Positions 37,188-46,960 of a stretch of 64,000 nt of DNA are shown here, piece by piece (position 1 is the first letter of the stretch; the number at the start of each line of letters is the position of its first letter). The notes under the pieces are model-generated. The model saw only the letters and a list, made by a program, of their open reading frames with translations, was not told where the DNA came from and ran no database searches. Source of the DNA: Thermoanaerobaculia bacterium (GTDB lineage: Bacteria; Acidobacteriota; Thermoanaerobaculia; Multivoradales; UBA5704); NCBI GenBank assembly GCA_044226625.1, contig JBGAGQ010000006.1, positions 1 through 64,000 on the forward strand. The letters are read 5' to 3'. A program made the position numbers and the translations under genes.

Positions 37188-38999
37188 GTGCGTTTTCGCC
37201 ACCTCGGGCCGCTCGTCGCGGCTCTCCTGTCCGCTCGCTGCGCTCCCCGACCCGAGAGCTGGCCGGTCGTCCGGGATCTCGCGGGCGATCTGCCGGTCTG
37301 CGAGGCGCGGCGGGAGGCGGAGCATCCTGGGCCGCCCAGGCCGCCCCAGCCGCCTCTCGAAGCCCTCGCCACCCGCGTGGCGGAAGGAATCGCGATTTCG
37401 GGAGGGACGCGCGTCGACGGCTACCTCGCGATCGAAGGGCACGCGGCCCTCGGGATCGACGGGACCGTCCTGCGCGGATCGCCGATCTCCGTCGAGATCG
37501 AGCTGGCGACGGAGGGAGAAGGCGAGGACGAGGAGGGCGCATGGCTCAATCCGGGGCCTCGGGCGGAGACCTGGGAGATTCCGGGCGAGGGAACACGGCT
37601 GGTCCGCTGGACTCTTCGGGCCGAGGGCAGCCCCGACCACTGGGCGATCGTGCGGCGGCCGGTCCTCCGGGCTCTCCCCGCCTCGCACCCGGTTTCGGCG
37701 GGAGGACGGCGACCGGCGGAATCGAATTCCGCGGCGGCGCGGCCAAACGTCCTCCTCTACCTGATCGACACGTTGCGGGCCGACCGGCTCGGCGCCTACG
37801 GTTCTCGGCGCGCGCTCACCCCGCGCATCGACGCGCTCGCCGCCCAAGGCTTCGTCTTCGAGCGGACCACCGCGGCCTCCTCCTGGACCAAGCCGTCGAC
37901 CGCGACGATCCTGTCCGGTCTTCCGCCACAGGCGCACGGCGCGACCCGGCTGGAACGGCGGCTTCCGGGGAAGGTCCGCACCCTGGCCGAAGAGTTGCGG
38001 GACGCGGGGTACCGAACCGGCGGGTTCAGCGCGAACGCCCATGTGACCGCGGCGACTGGATTCGACCAAGGGTTCGACCGCTTCGAGTTCCTCCCCGAGC
38101 TCGCGGGCGCGGACCGCCTCGCCGATCGGGCGAAGGAGTGGCTCGAGGGGGCCGACTCTCCCGGCGTCGCCGCTGGCGCCGCGCGCCCGTTCTTCCTCTA
38201 TCTCCACACGATCGAGCCCCACGCGCCGTACGAGCCGGCGGAAGACCTCCGCCGCCGCTTCGCGGCCGAGGTACCCCCAGGGACCGGAAGTCTCGCGCAG
38301 GTCGAAGAAACCTACCGGGCGCTCGGTCGGCGGCGGCCCGACGCCCAAGAGCGGGTGGCGCGACTGGCGCGGCTCTACGATGCCGAGGTCGCGGAGGCCG
38401 ACCGGGGTCTCGGCCTGCTGCTCGACGAGCTCGACCGGCGCGGCCGGCTCGACGAAACGCTGGTCGTCGTGATCTCGGACCACGGCGAAGAGCTGGGCGA
38501 GCATGGAGGGATCGGCCACGGCAAGACGCTCTATCGCGAGGTCCTCGACGTTCCCTGGATCGTTCGCCTCCCGGGACAGAAATCGCCTCGGAAGATCGCA
38601 ACTCCCGCCGCGCACGTCGACGTCTTTCCGACGATCCTCGCGGCGATCGGCCGGCCGGCGTCCGCCGAGCTGCGCGGCGTGGATCTCCTCGCGCCCTCGA
38701 CGAAGGCAAGACCGCTCTTCGCTCATCTCGAGTACGAAGGTCGCCTCGGGGCGCGAGTCGAGCTCGACGGTTGGAGCCTGATCGACCCTTGGAGCCGAAA
38801 GTTCTCCCGCCGGCCGAAGCTTTTCTTCCGCGCCGATCGCGACGAGACGCGGGATCTCGCGGCGGAGCACCCCGTGCGCGCCGGCTATCTGCGCTCGCTG
38901 CTCCGCGCCCAGGAGCTCGCGCAACGCCATCCGGTGGCCGCCTCGGCGCCGCTCGGCGAGCAGGAACGGAAAGCGCTCGAAGCGCTCGGTTATCTCTGA
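37188..38999 (+). CDS. Sulfatase-like hydrolase (alkaline phosphatase superfamily)
   Basis: PNVLLYLIDTLRAD, SSWTKPS, EPHAPY, SDHGEE, LEALGYL. Confidence 0.88.
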   Translation: MRFRHLGPLVAALLSARCAPRPESWPVVRDLAGDLPVCEARREAEHPGPPRPPQPPLEALATRVAEGIAISGGTRVDGYLAIEGHAALGIDGTVLRGSPISVEIELATEGEGEDEEGAWLNPGPRAETWEIPGEGTRLVRWTLRAEGSPDHWAIVRRPVLRALPASHPVSAGGRRPAESNSAAARPNVLLYLIDTLRADRLGAYGSRRALTPRIDALAAQGFVFERTTAASSWTKPSTATILSGLPPQAHGATRLERRLPGKVRTLAEELRDAGYRTGGFSANAHVTAATGFDQGFDRFEFLPELAGADRLADRAKEWLEGADSPGVAAGAARPFFLYLHTIEPHAPYEPAEDLRRRFAAEVPPGTGSLAQVEETYRALGRRRPDAQERVARLARLYDAEVAEADRGLGLLLDELDRRGRLDETLVVVISDHGEELGEHGGIGHGKTLYREVLDVPWIVRLPGQKSPRKIATPAAHVDVFPTILAAIGRPASAELRGVDLLAPSTKARPLFAHLEYEGRLGARVELDGWSLIDPWSRKFSRRPKLFFRADRDETRDLAAEHPVRAGYLRSLLRAQELAQRHPVAASAPLGEQERKALEALGYL

Positions 39000-39052
39000 G
39001 CCAGCTCTGAGCCAGCCTATCATCGGACGCCTTCTTTCTCGAAAGGAACCGT

Positions 39053-40486
39053 TTGACTCCCGTCACGCTCCCGCTCTGGCAGGTCGTCGTGCTCGTGGTG
39101 CTCGCGCTCTGGTGGGCGCTCGAACGGATCTTCGTGCCGAGCGTCCGCTGGTTCCTCAGGCGCCGGGTCAATCAGGCGATCCGCGAGGTCAACGAGCGAT
39201 TGCGGATCGCGATCCCGCAGTTTCAGCTCACCAAACGGCAGGTGCTCCTCGACCGGCTGCTCTACGACCCGGCGATCGTTCAGGCGATCGACGCTTACGC
39301 CCGCGAGGAGAAGATGCCGCGCGAGGTGGTGGTCGCCAAGGTCGAACGGTACGCGCACGAGATCGTGCCGTCGTTCAACGCCTACGCCTATTTCCGCATC
39401 GGTTACTGGATCGCGCGGGGCGCCGCGCGCCTTCTCTATCGGGTGCGGCTGGGCAGCTCGGACGAGGTGGGCCTCGCCTCGATCCCGCCGAACGCCACGG
39501 TGGTCTTCCTGATGAACCACCGGAGCAACATGGACTACGTCCTGGTCTCCTACCTGGTCGCGGAGCGGATCGCCCTGTCCTACGCCGTGGGCGAATGGGC
39601 ACGGATCTGGCCGCTCCAACAGCTGATCCGGTCGATGGGCGCGTATTTCGTCCGCCGCAACTCGCGCGATCCGCTCTATCGCCGGGTGCTCGAGCGCTAC
39701 ATTCAGATGGCGACCCACGGCGGGGTTCCGCAGGCGGTCTTTCCGGAAGGGGGCCTATCGCGCGACGGCAAGCTGCGGTCGCCGCGGATCGGCATCCTCG
39801 ACTACATGCTGCGGGCGTTCGACCCGAACGGCGAGCGCGACCTGGTTTTCGTGCCGGTCGGATTGAACTACGACCGGACGCTCGAAGACCGGACGCTACT
39901 GCTCGACGTGAGCGACCCGGACGGCGGCGCTGCAGCCAAGCCGCGAGCCCGCGGCCTCGGCGCTCTCGGCAAGACGATGGGCTTCGTCGGCCGCAACTTG
40001 GGGCAGATGCTGCTGCGGCGCTGGCACCGATTCGGCTACGCCTGCGTCAATTTCGGCTCGCCGTTTTCCACCCGCGCTTACTTGGCCCGCAAGGGATTCG
40101 ACCCCCGGACCCTACCGCGAGAGGAGCGGATCGCGCGCATCGAGGAGCTCGCCCGCGAGTTGATGGTGGAGATCGGCAAGGTCGTGCCGGCGCTGCCGGT
40201 TTCCCTGGTGACGGCGGCGCTCCTCGATCATCCCGAAGGGCTCTCGGAGCTCGACCTCAAAGCGGAAGTCCACGAGCGGATCGCCCGCCTCGAATCGGCC
40301 GGAGCGCGGGTCTACGTGCCCCGCAGCGATCGCGATTACGCGATATCTTTCGGCCTTCGGATGCTCGAGCAGCGGCACCTGGTCGCCGTTCACGACGGTC
40401 TCTACCGTCCGGCCCCGTCCGAGCGCTCGACGCTCGCCTACTACGCCAACTCGATCGCCCACCTTTTCCCCGAAGGAGACGCTTGA
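39053..40486 (+). CDS. PlsB-like glycerol-3-phosphate acyltransferase
   Basis: NHRSNMDY (HxxxxD), GAYFVRR, FPEGGLSRDG. Confidence 0.85.
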   Translation: MTPVTLPLWQVVVLVVLALWWALERIFVPSVRWFLRRRVNQAIREVNERLRIAIPQFQLTKRQVLLDRLLYDPAIVQAIDAYAREEKMPREVVVAKVERYAHEIVPSFNAYAYFRIGYWIARGAARLLYRVRLGSSDEVGLASIPPNATVVFLMNHRSNMDYVLVSYLVAERIALSYAVGEWARIWPLQQLIRSMGAYFVRRNSRDPLYRRVLERYIQMATHGGVPQAVFPEGGLSRDGKLRSPRIGILDYMLRAFDPNGERDLVFVPVGLNYDRTLEDRTLLLDVSDPDGGAAAKPRARGLGALGKTMGFVGRNLGQMLLRRWHRFGYACVNFGSPFSTRAYLARKGFDPRTLPREERIARIEELARELMVEIGKVVPALPVSLVTAALLDHPEGLSELDLKAEVHERIARLESAGARVYVPRSDRDYAISFGLRMLEQRHLVAVHDGLYRPAPSERSTLAYYANSIAHLFPEGDA

Positions 40487-41058
40487 TGAACACCGAACGG
40501 AAATCCGCCCTGCCGCTTCTCGCCCTGGCGCTCGCCGCCTTCGCCACCTCGTCCGTCATCGCCCCAGCCCCAGCCCGGGCGGCCGACCCCTCGTCGCCCG
40601 CCGGGGTGTTCGAGGCCGAGGTCGCGAGAAATCTCGGCGAAGCCGAAAAGAAGCTGGTCGAGCTCGCGGGCGCGATGCCGGCAGAGAAATTCACCTGGCG
40701 CCCGGCGGAAGGGGTGCGCTCCTACGCCGAGGTCACCCTCCACGTCGCGAGCGGCAACTATCTCCTGGCCAAGATTCTCGGGACCAATCCGCCGGAGGGT
40801 GTGGACATGCGGACCATCGAATCGTCGACCACCGACAAGGCGAAGGCGATCGAAATCCTCAAAGCCTCTTACGTCCACGTCAACAAGGTCATCGCGGCGC
40901 TATCCGCCGCCGACCTCGACGCCAAGGTCGACTTCTTCGGAAAGTCGGCGACCAAGCGAGAGATCGCGATGGGCGTGATCAGCCACAGCCACGAGCATCT
41001 CGGCCAGTCGATCGCCTACGCCCGGATGAACGGCGTCGTCCCGCCCTGGTCCAAATAG
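40486..41058 (+). CDS. Secreted DinB-family protein
   Basis: AMPAEKFTWRP..GVRS..E...H; HSHEHLGQ..YARMNGVVPPWS. Confidence 0.9.
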   Translation: MNTERKSALPLLALALAAFATSSVIAPAPARAADPSSPAGVFEAEVARNLGEAEKKLVELAGAMPAEKFTWRPAEGVRSYAEVTLHVASGNYLLAKILGTNPPEGVDMRTIESSTTDKAKAIEILKASYVHVNKVIAALSAADLDAKVDFFGKSATKREIAMGVISHSHEHLGQSIAYARMNGVVPPWSK

Positions 41059-41077
41059 AACGCCGGAGACGGCGGCT

Positions 41078-41569
41078 TCAATCCGACAGGATCGGCAGAA
41101 GCGACGGCACCTTCGCCACGAGGTCGTGGGGCACCATGATGTTCGAGCGGAGGATCTCCTTCTGCCGAATCACGAGATCCTCGAGGGTCGTGCGGGCGAG
41201 GATGCGTTCGACCGCCGACTTCACCTCCAGAAAGACCTCGCGAATCACGCAGTGGTCGGTCCCCAGCTCGATCGTGCAGGGAAGGGCGAGGATCTGATCG
41301 ATCGCCGTGGTCTGCCCTTCGAGGGTGACCATGATGTCCTTGATCGAGATTAGCTTCGCCGGCCGGCCCAGGACGTGGCCCCCCTGCGGGCCGCGGTTCG
41401 AATAGATCAGCCGGTCTTTGGAGAGAAGGGCCAGGATCTGGCGTAGGTAAGGCTCGGGAATACCCTGATGGGTCGCGATCTCGCGGCTGGTGACGGCGCC
41501 TTCCTCCGCGTGCATCGCCAGGTAGAGCATCGCCCGGATGCCATATTCGCCTTTGGTCGAGATTTTCAT
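41078..41569 (-). CDS. Rrf2-family transcriptional regulator
   Basis: MKISTKGEYGIRAMLYLA, YLRQIL, RGPQGG; only two Cys. Confidence 0.92.
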   Translation of the reverse strand: MKISTKGEYGIRAMLYLAMHAEEGAVTSREIATHQGIPEPYLRQILALLSKDRLIYSNRGPQGGHVLGRPAKLISIKDIMVTLEGQTTAIDQILALPCTIELGTDHCVIREVFLEVKSAVERILARTTLEDLVIRQKEILRSNIMVPHDLVAKVPSLLPILSD

Positions 41570-41666
41570 TGGAATTCCGTCGAGCGATCCGTCGAGGTCC
41601 GATCGAATCTCGATCGAACGTATCCGGTTCGACTCATGAATTCTAACACGCCCCCTCCCTCCCCCC

Positions 41667-42395
41667 TCATCGGACGGCGGAAACCCGGCTCGCGACCCCG
41701 CGCAGATCGCGTAGCGCGTCCACGGTCCGGCCGCTCCGATCCAGCCGAAACGCGTTGACCATCCCGGCGGCGAGCGCTCCCTCACAATCCTCGACCGGAT
41801 GATCGCCGACGTGGATCGCTCGTTCCGGGGGGATCCCGAGACGCGCGAGCGCGTAGTCGAAGATCCGCCGGTCGGGTTTTTCCGCCCCGGCATCGCCCGA
41901 GGTCACGACGGTCTCGAAGGAATCGAAAAGCTCCAGGCCCCGGAGCACGGCGGGCAGCCGCTCGTCCCAGTTCGAGATCACGGCCAGCCGAAATCCTCGC
42001 TCCCGAAGGTCGGCGAGAACCGCCGGCACCTCCTCGTAGACCTCCCAGGAGTCGGCCCGCGCAAAACGGGAGAACAGCTCGGCCGCCGCGAAACGGGACG
42101 GCGGGGGCGCCTCCAACCGCTCGGCGAATCGCTCGATGAAGCGGAGCCACCAACCTCGCGCACCTCCCGGGTGAGAGGTGAAGCGATCCTGCTCGGGGTT
42201 GGCGAGGCAGGCCAGCTCCTGCCAGACCTCGCGCACCAGCCGGCGCGCCGGTCCGGGCGCGACCTCGATACCGTGGCGGCCGAGAATCTCGGAATAGATC
42301 TCGCCCAGGCGGGGGGCGTAAAAGAGAGTTCCCGTGGCGTCGAACGTGATCGCTTCGACGCTCGGTCCCCGCGCGGGAAACGAGAGGGTGCCCAC
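41667..42395 (-). CDS. HAD-IA family hydrolase
   Basis: FDATGTL, ISNWD, KPDRRIF, HVGD...D. Confidence 0.9.
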   Translation of the reverse strand: MGTLSFPARGPSVEAITFDATGTLFYAPRLGEIYSEILGRHGIEVAPGPARRLVREVWQELACLANPEQDRFTSHPGGARGWWLRFIERFAERLEAPPPSRFAAAELFSRFARADSWEVYEEVPAVLADLRERGFRLAVISNWDERLPAVLRGLELFDSFETVVTSGDAGAEKPDRRIFDYALARLGIPPERAIHVGDHPVEDCEGALAAGMVNAFRLDRSGRTVDALRDLRGVASRVSAVR

Positions 42396-42444
42396 GAAGG
42401 AACGATACCCCTACGCCGGAGCGAGCGTGATACCGTGCCGGCCG

Positions 42445-42630
42445 ATGCTCGGAAAGATCTCCTCCAAGCTGCCCCCCACCTGGGGGGCGGCGCTGGCGCT
42501 CTCGGCCTTCTCTGGATGGCTCGCCGCCCTGTTCTGGGGTGCATTTTTCGGCGGGGCAGCCCATCTTCTCCTGGTCTTTGCCGCGATGCTCTTCCCCTGG
42601 AGGTCGATCGCGCCTTCGGAGCCGGCATGA
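42445..42630 (+). CDS. Possible small membrane protein (61 aa)
   Basis: Two hydrophobic stretches; extended -10-like TGaTACCGT 8 nt before the ATG. Confidence 0.4.
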   Translation: MLGKISSKLPPTWGAALALSAFSGWLAALFWGAFFGGAAHLLLVFAAMLFPWRSIAPSEPA

Positions 42631-42664
42631 CCTTGGGAACCCCGCGCGAGAAGGCGCCCCGGCC

Positions 42665-43873
42665 TCACTCGTAGCGCAACGCTTCGATCGGATCGAGACC
42701 GGCCGCCTTTCGCGCCGGATAGAGACCGAAGAAAACCCCTACTGCGGCTGAGAAGGAGAAGGCCAGGATCACCGCCGCCGGGACCACCTCGGCGTTCCAG
42801 CCCGCGAAGCGCCGTACCCCTTCCGCCGCGCCGAAGCCGATCAGAATACCGATGGCGCCGCCAGCGAGGCAGAGCACCAGGGCCTCGATCAGGAACTGCA
42901 TCAGGATGTCGCGCTTCCTGGCTCCGAGCGCCTTGCGCACTCCGATTTCACGCGTCCGCTCGGTCACCGAGACGAGCATGATGTTCATGATCCCGATGCC
43001 GCCGACCAAGAGCGAGACGAGCGCGATTCCGGCGAGCAGATAGGAAAACGTCTTGGTCGTCGCCTCGAACGTCGACATGAGGGTCGCCTGGTTGCGGATC
43101 GAAAAATCGCTCTGCTCCGCGGGCCGTAAGCGATGCTCCCGCCGCAAGACGCTATCGATCTCCGCGATCGCGTCGTTCATCTGCCGCTCCGAGGCGGCCT
43201 GGACGTAGATGGCGTTCACCCGGTCGTCGCCGAAGATCCGAAACTGCGCCGTGGCGAGCGGCACGTAGAGCCCGTCGTCCGGGCTCGAGAAGCCGACCGA
43301 GCCCTTCTCGGCGAAGATGCCGATGACGGTGAACGGCACCCCGCCGATCCGCACCGTCTGATCGAGCAGCTCGCCGTTGGTGGTCTGCAGCTTGTCCGCG
43401 ACCGTCGCTCCGAGCAGGACGACGCGGCGCCTGCCGCGCTCCTCGGCGTCGGTGAACAGACGCCCCGCCCCGAGCTCGAAGTTCTGAATCGAGAAATAGC
43501 TCGGCCAGACGCCGGAAACCTGCAGGTTGGCGTTCGCCTCGCCGAACTCGACCTGCACCCGGCGCTGCATCTCGGGTGAGGCGGAGGCGATCGCGCGCGG
43601 GGAGCGCAGGAGCGCGCGCGCCTCGTCGGGACGGAGCCGCGTGTCGCCGCGGTCGACTCCGCCGCGCATCTCCTGGCCGGGACGGATGGTGAGCACGTTC
43701 GTGCCCAGCGTCCTCAGCCGCGCCTCGACCGCCCGCTGCGCGCCTTCGCCGAGCGCGACCATCGTGATCACCGAGGCGATCCCGATGATGATCCCCAGAG
43801 CGGTCAGGAACGAGCGGAGCTTGTTGGCGCGAATCGCGGCCAAGGCGACACGGAGGATCTCGGTAATCAGCAT
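42665..43873 (-). CDS. MacB-type ABC permease (no fused ATPase)
   Basis: NKLRSFLTALGIIIG, GGIGIMNIMLVSVTERTREIG, DPIEALRYE. Confidence 0.93.
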   Translation of the reverse strand: MLITEILRVALAAIRANKLRSFLTALGIIIGIASVITMVALGEGAQRAVEARLRTLGTNVLTIRPGQEMRGGVDRGDTRLRPDEARALLRSPRAIASASPEMQRRVQVEFGEANANLQVSGVWPSYFSIQNFELGAGRLFTDAEERGRRRVVLLGATVADKLQTTNGELLDQTVRIGGVPFTVIGIFAEKGSVGFSSPDDGLYVPLATAQFRIFGDDRVNAIYVQAASERQMNDAIAEIDSVLRREHRLRPAEQSDFSIRNQATLMSTFEATTKTFSYLLAGIALVSLLVGGIGIMNIMLVSVTERTREIGVRKALGARKRDILMQFLIEALVLCLAGGAIGILIGFGAAEGVRRFAGWNAEVVPAAVILAFSFSAAVGVFFGLYPARKAAGLDPIEALRYE

Positions 43874-43895
43874 GGCGTTCGATTCCAATCGGCCC

Positions 43896-45386
43896 CTAGC
43901 GGGGCGGTCCTCCGGAGCGTCCGGAACCGCCTCCGGAGCTGCCGCCCGTCGCGCCGAATCCGGTCGTTTGGCGCATCCGGTCGCTGAACCGCTGCTGCTG
44001 CTGTTGCATGCGAGCCACCGAGATCAGGTAGACCGAATCGCCCGGCACGACCCCGGACAGCACCTCTGTGAAATCCCAGTCCGAGACCCCGAGCCGTACG
44101 GCGCGGGCCTCGGGGCCCGACGCACCCCGGACGAAGACGAAACCGGGCTGCCCCGGCTCACTTCCGTCCGGCGCGCCGGACGAATTCGCGGCTGGCACTG
44201 CGCCCGCCGAGTTTTCCGGCGCAGCCGGCCCGCTCCGGCCCGCGGACGAATCCCCTCCCCGTCGGAAGCCGCCGGACCGGCCTTCGGCACCGGAAGACCC
44301 GCCCGGCCGTTCGCCCCCTGAACCGCTTCGCGTGCCCGAATCGCCGCGGGGGCCGCGACCGGAGCCGCCGCGCCCTCCCGGACCGAGCTTGGACCGAAGC
44401 GAGGCGGCGTCGAGGCCGAGCATCGTCCCGACCGAAACCAGATCCTTGAACGCCACGACGGAGGAATTGGGAACCGCGGTGACGTTCTCGCGTTGGGCGA
44501 TCGCGACCGAGACCTCGGCGTTCATCCCCGGCTTGAGCAGCCCTTCGGGGTTCTTGAGGCTCACCAGCACGGGGAACATCGTGATGTTCTGATCGACTAC
44601 CGCGAGCGGCTCGATCTTCTCGACCACGCCGCGGAAGACCCGGCCGGGATACGCCTCGACCGTCACCTCGACCGGCTGCTCCGCATGAATGCGACCGATG
44701 TCCACCTCGTCGACCAACGCCCGCGCCTGCATGGTGCCGAGATCGGCCATCTTGACGAGTGTCGTTCCGCCGGAGACGTTGCCGCTCGCCGAGGTGACGA
44801 TCTGCCCCTGCTCGACCGTCCGCTCGATGATCGTGCCGGAGATGGGGGCGCGGATCTTCACGTCGCCGAGCCTCTCCCGCGCGAGCTCGAGGTTGGTCTG
44901 CGCCTTGAGCAGATCGGCTTTCGCGTTGGTCGCCGCGAGGTCCGCCGTCTCTTGGTCCTGCGCCGAGATGACCCCCTGGCCGAACAGCCGGTCCGCCCGC
45001 CGCGCCTGCGCCGAGGTGGTTGCCACCCGGGCCTTGGCGACCTCGAGATCCGCCGTGGCCTGCTCGAACGCGTTGTTGACGTCGCGCGGATCGATCTCGG
45101 CGAGCAGGGAACCCGCCGAGACCTGCTGATTGGTGTCGGCGATCAGGCGTTGGAGCTCGCCCGCGACCCTCGATTTGACCTCGACCACCTTCAGGGGCTG
45201 GATGGTCCCCGCCGCCTCGGCGCGGACGTCGATGTCACGGGTTTCGACCTTGGCGATCTCGGGCGGCGCCGCGTCGGCAGAGGCTCTCGCTCGCTCCTTG
45301 CACGCGTTGGCCAGGAAGACGGCGGCCAGGACCAAAATCGAAAGTCCGATTCGTTTCGGACGAAAAGTTCGGCGACGCGATGGCAT
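43896..45386 (-). CDS. MacA-type periplasmic adaptor subunit
   Basis: VEVKSRVAG, IRAPISG, VDEVDIG, LKPGM. Confidence 0.92.
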   Translation of the reverse strand: MPSRRRTFRPKRIGLSILVLAAVFLANACKERARASADAAPPEIAKVETRDIDVRAEAAGTIQPLKVVEVKSRVAGELQRLIADTNQQVSAGSLLAEIDPRDVNNAFEQATADLEVAKARVATTSAQARRADRLFGQGVISAQDQETADLAATNAKADLLKAQTNLELARERLGDVKIRAPISGTIIERTVEQGQIVTSASGNVSGGTTLVKMADLGTMQARALVDEVDIGRIHAEQPVEVTVEAYPGRVFRGVVEKIEPLAVVDQNITMFPVLVSLKNPEGLLKPGMNAEVSVAIAQRENVTAVPNSSVVAFKDLVSVGTMLGLDAASLRSKLGPGGRGGSGRGPRGDSGTRSGSGGERPGGSSGAEGRSGGFRRGGDSSAGRSGPAAPENSAGAVPAANSSGAPDGSEPGQPGFVFVRGASGPEARAVRLGVSDWDFTEVLSGVVPGDSVYLISVARMQQQQQRFSDRMRQTTGFGATGGSSGGGSGRSGGPPR

Positions 45387-45541
45387 CTTCGATGTTCCTC
45401 TTGGGCTCCGGCCGAAAAGAAGGTGAAAGGGAGTCGAACCGACCCCACGGTCCGGGAGTCTAAACCTCGAAAGCAGGCAAAACGTTCCGCCGGCCCCGTG
45501 CTAGTCTGTTGGCATACAAGAATCGCACCGGAGGATTCATC

Positions 45542-45859
45542 ATGTCGAAGCGCCTGCTTCGGATCGCCCCGATGGCTCTTTTCGCTTTCACGCTCTGTCT
45601 CGCCGGTTGCGACAAGCTCAGCTCGCTCGGATCGGGTTCGAAGAAGGATCCGGAAACGGCGGGCGCCGCCGACTCCTCCAACGCCTCGGCCCGGGCCGAC
45701 CTCGACCGGAAGATCGATGACAAGAAGGCCGAGATCGACCGCGCGACCGCCGACATCGCGAACCAGACCGAAGAGCAGGCAAAGATCGACGCGGTCAACA
45801 AGCTCGAGTCGCTCCGCCAGGAGCTGAATGACCTGGTCGAGCAACGCGGCCGGATGTAG
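45542..45859 (+). CDS. Small coiled-coil lipoprotein
   Basis: SD ggagg; lipobox LAGC. Confidence 0.78.
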   Translation: MSKRLLRIAPMALFAFTLCLAGCDKLSSLGSGSKKDPETAGAADSSNASARADLDRKIDDKKAEIDRATADIANQTEEQAKIDAVNKLESLRQELNDLVEQRGRM

Positions 45860-45890
45860 AGCCCTCGCCTCCCGTACAATCCGGGCCGTC

Positions 45891-46955
45891 ATGGCCTGGT
45901 TTCGACGCAAGTTCCGGCTCACCGCCTGTGCCACCACCGGCGGCTGAGCGGCCAAGGTAGGTCCGGGGGACCTCTCCGACCTGCTGGGCCCGCTCGCGCG
46001 ATCGACGCAAGTCAAGGGATCGCCGAGCTCGGGGGATGGTGTGCTCATCGGGCCGGAAACCGGCGACGACGCGGGGGTTTTCTCCCTCGGCGGGCGGGCG
46101 CTCGTGGCGACCGCCGATTTCATCACGCCGGTCTGCGACGACCCGTTCCGCTTCGGCCGGATCGCCGCGGCGAACTCGCTTTCGGACGTCTACGCGATGG
46201 GGGGTCGGCCGCTGTTCGCGCTCAACCTCTGCTGCTTCCCGGAAGAGGTTCCGAACGACGCGCTCGCAGGGATCCTCGCGGGAGCGAACGACGCGCTCGC
46301 CGAAGCGGGGGCGGCGCTCCTGGGCGGCCATTCGGTGCGCGATCCGGAGCTCAAGTTCGGACTCGCGGTGTTCGGCGAGGCCGCTCCGGACCGTCTGCTC
46401 GCCAACACCAACGCCCGGGCTGGGCAGCGCATGATCCTCACCAAGCCGCTCGGCACGGGGGTCCTGATCAACGCGTTCAAAGCCGACCGAATCGGCGAAC
46501 CCGATCTGGAGCCGGCCCTCGCCGAAATGGCGCGCCTAAACGCCGAAGGCGCCCGTCTGGCGCTCGACCATGGGGCGACGGCGGCCACCGACGTCACGGG
46601 CTTCGGCCTCGCCGGACACGCCTGGAACATCGCGCGCGAATCGAATCTCGCGCTACGCATCCGATTCGACCGGCTGCCGGTCCTCGACGGCTTCCTCCGG
46701 CTCACGAAAGCGGGGGTCACCACCGGCTGCACCGAGCTCAACGAGGAGAACGTCCGCGGTCACCTTCGAGTCGAGGCTCCGCTCGGCCCGGCCGAGCGCG
46801 CCGTTCTGTTCGACCCGCAGACCTCCGGAGGATTGCTGCTCTGCGTTCCGGCGAGCGCGGCCGAGGCGCTACTCGACGCGCTGCTCCGCTCCGGCCATCG
46901 CGCGGCCGAGATCGGCGAGGCGATCGAGGGTCCTGCGGGGATCGAGGTCGTTTAG
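45891..46955 (+). CDS. selD: Selenophosphate synthetase with selenocysteine (in-frame TGA at 45945-45947)
   Basis: ATG 45891 reads MAWFRRKFRLTACATTGG-U-AAKVGPGDL in frame with ETGDDAGV, DFITPV.DDP..FGRIAAANSLSDVYAMGG, GGHS, TDVTGFGL.GH and DPQTSGGLL. Confidence 0.95.
45948..45973 (+). promoter_or_regulatory. Bacterial SECIS-like hairpin
   Basis: AGGTCC-GGG-GGACCT stem-loop (45959-45973); G-rich apical loop begins 17 nt after the UGA. Confidence 0.7.
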
Positions 46956-46960
46956 GGAGA

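Noticed and set aside
46041-46955. Truncated selD or pseudogene
   Set aside because: The upstream in-frame TGA sits at the catalytic position and is followed by a SECIS-like hairpin.
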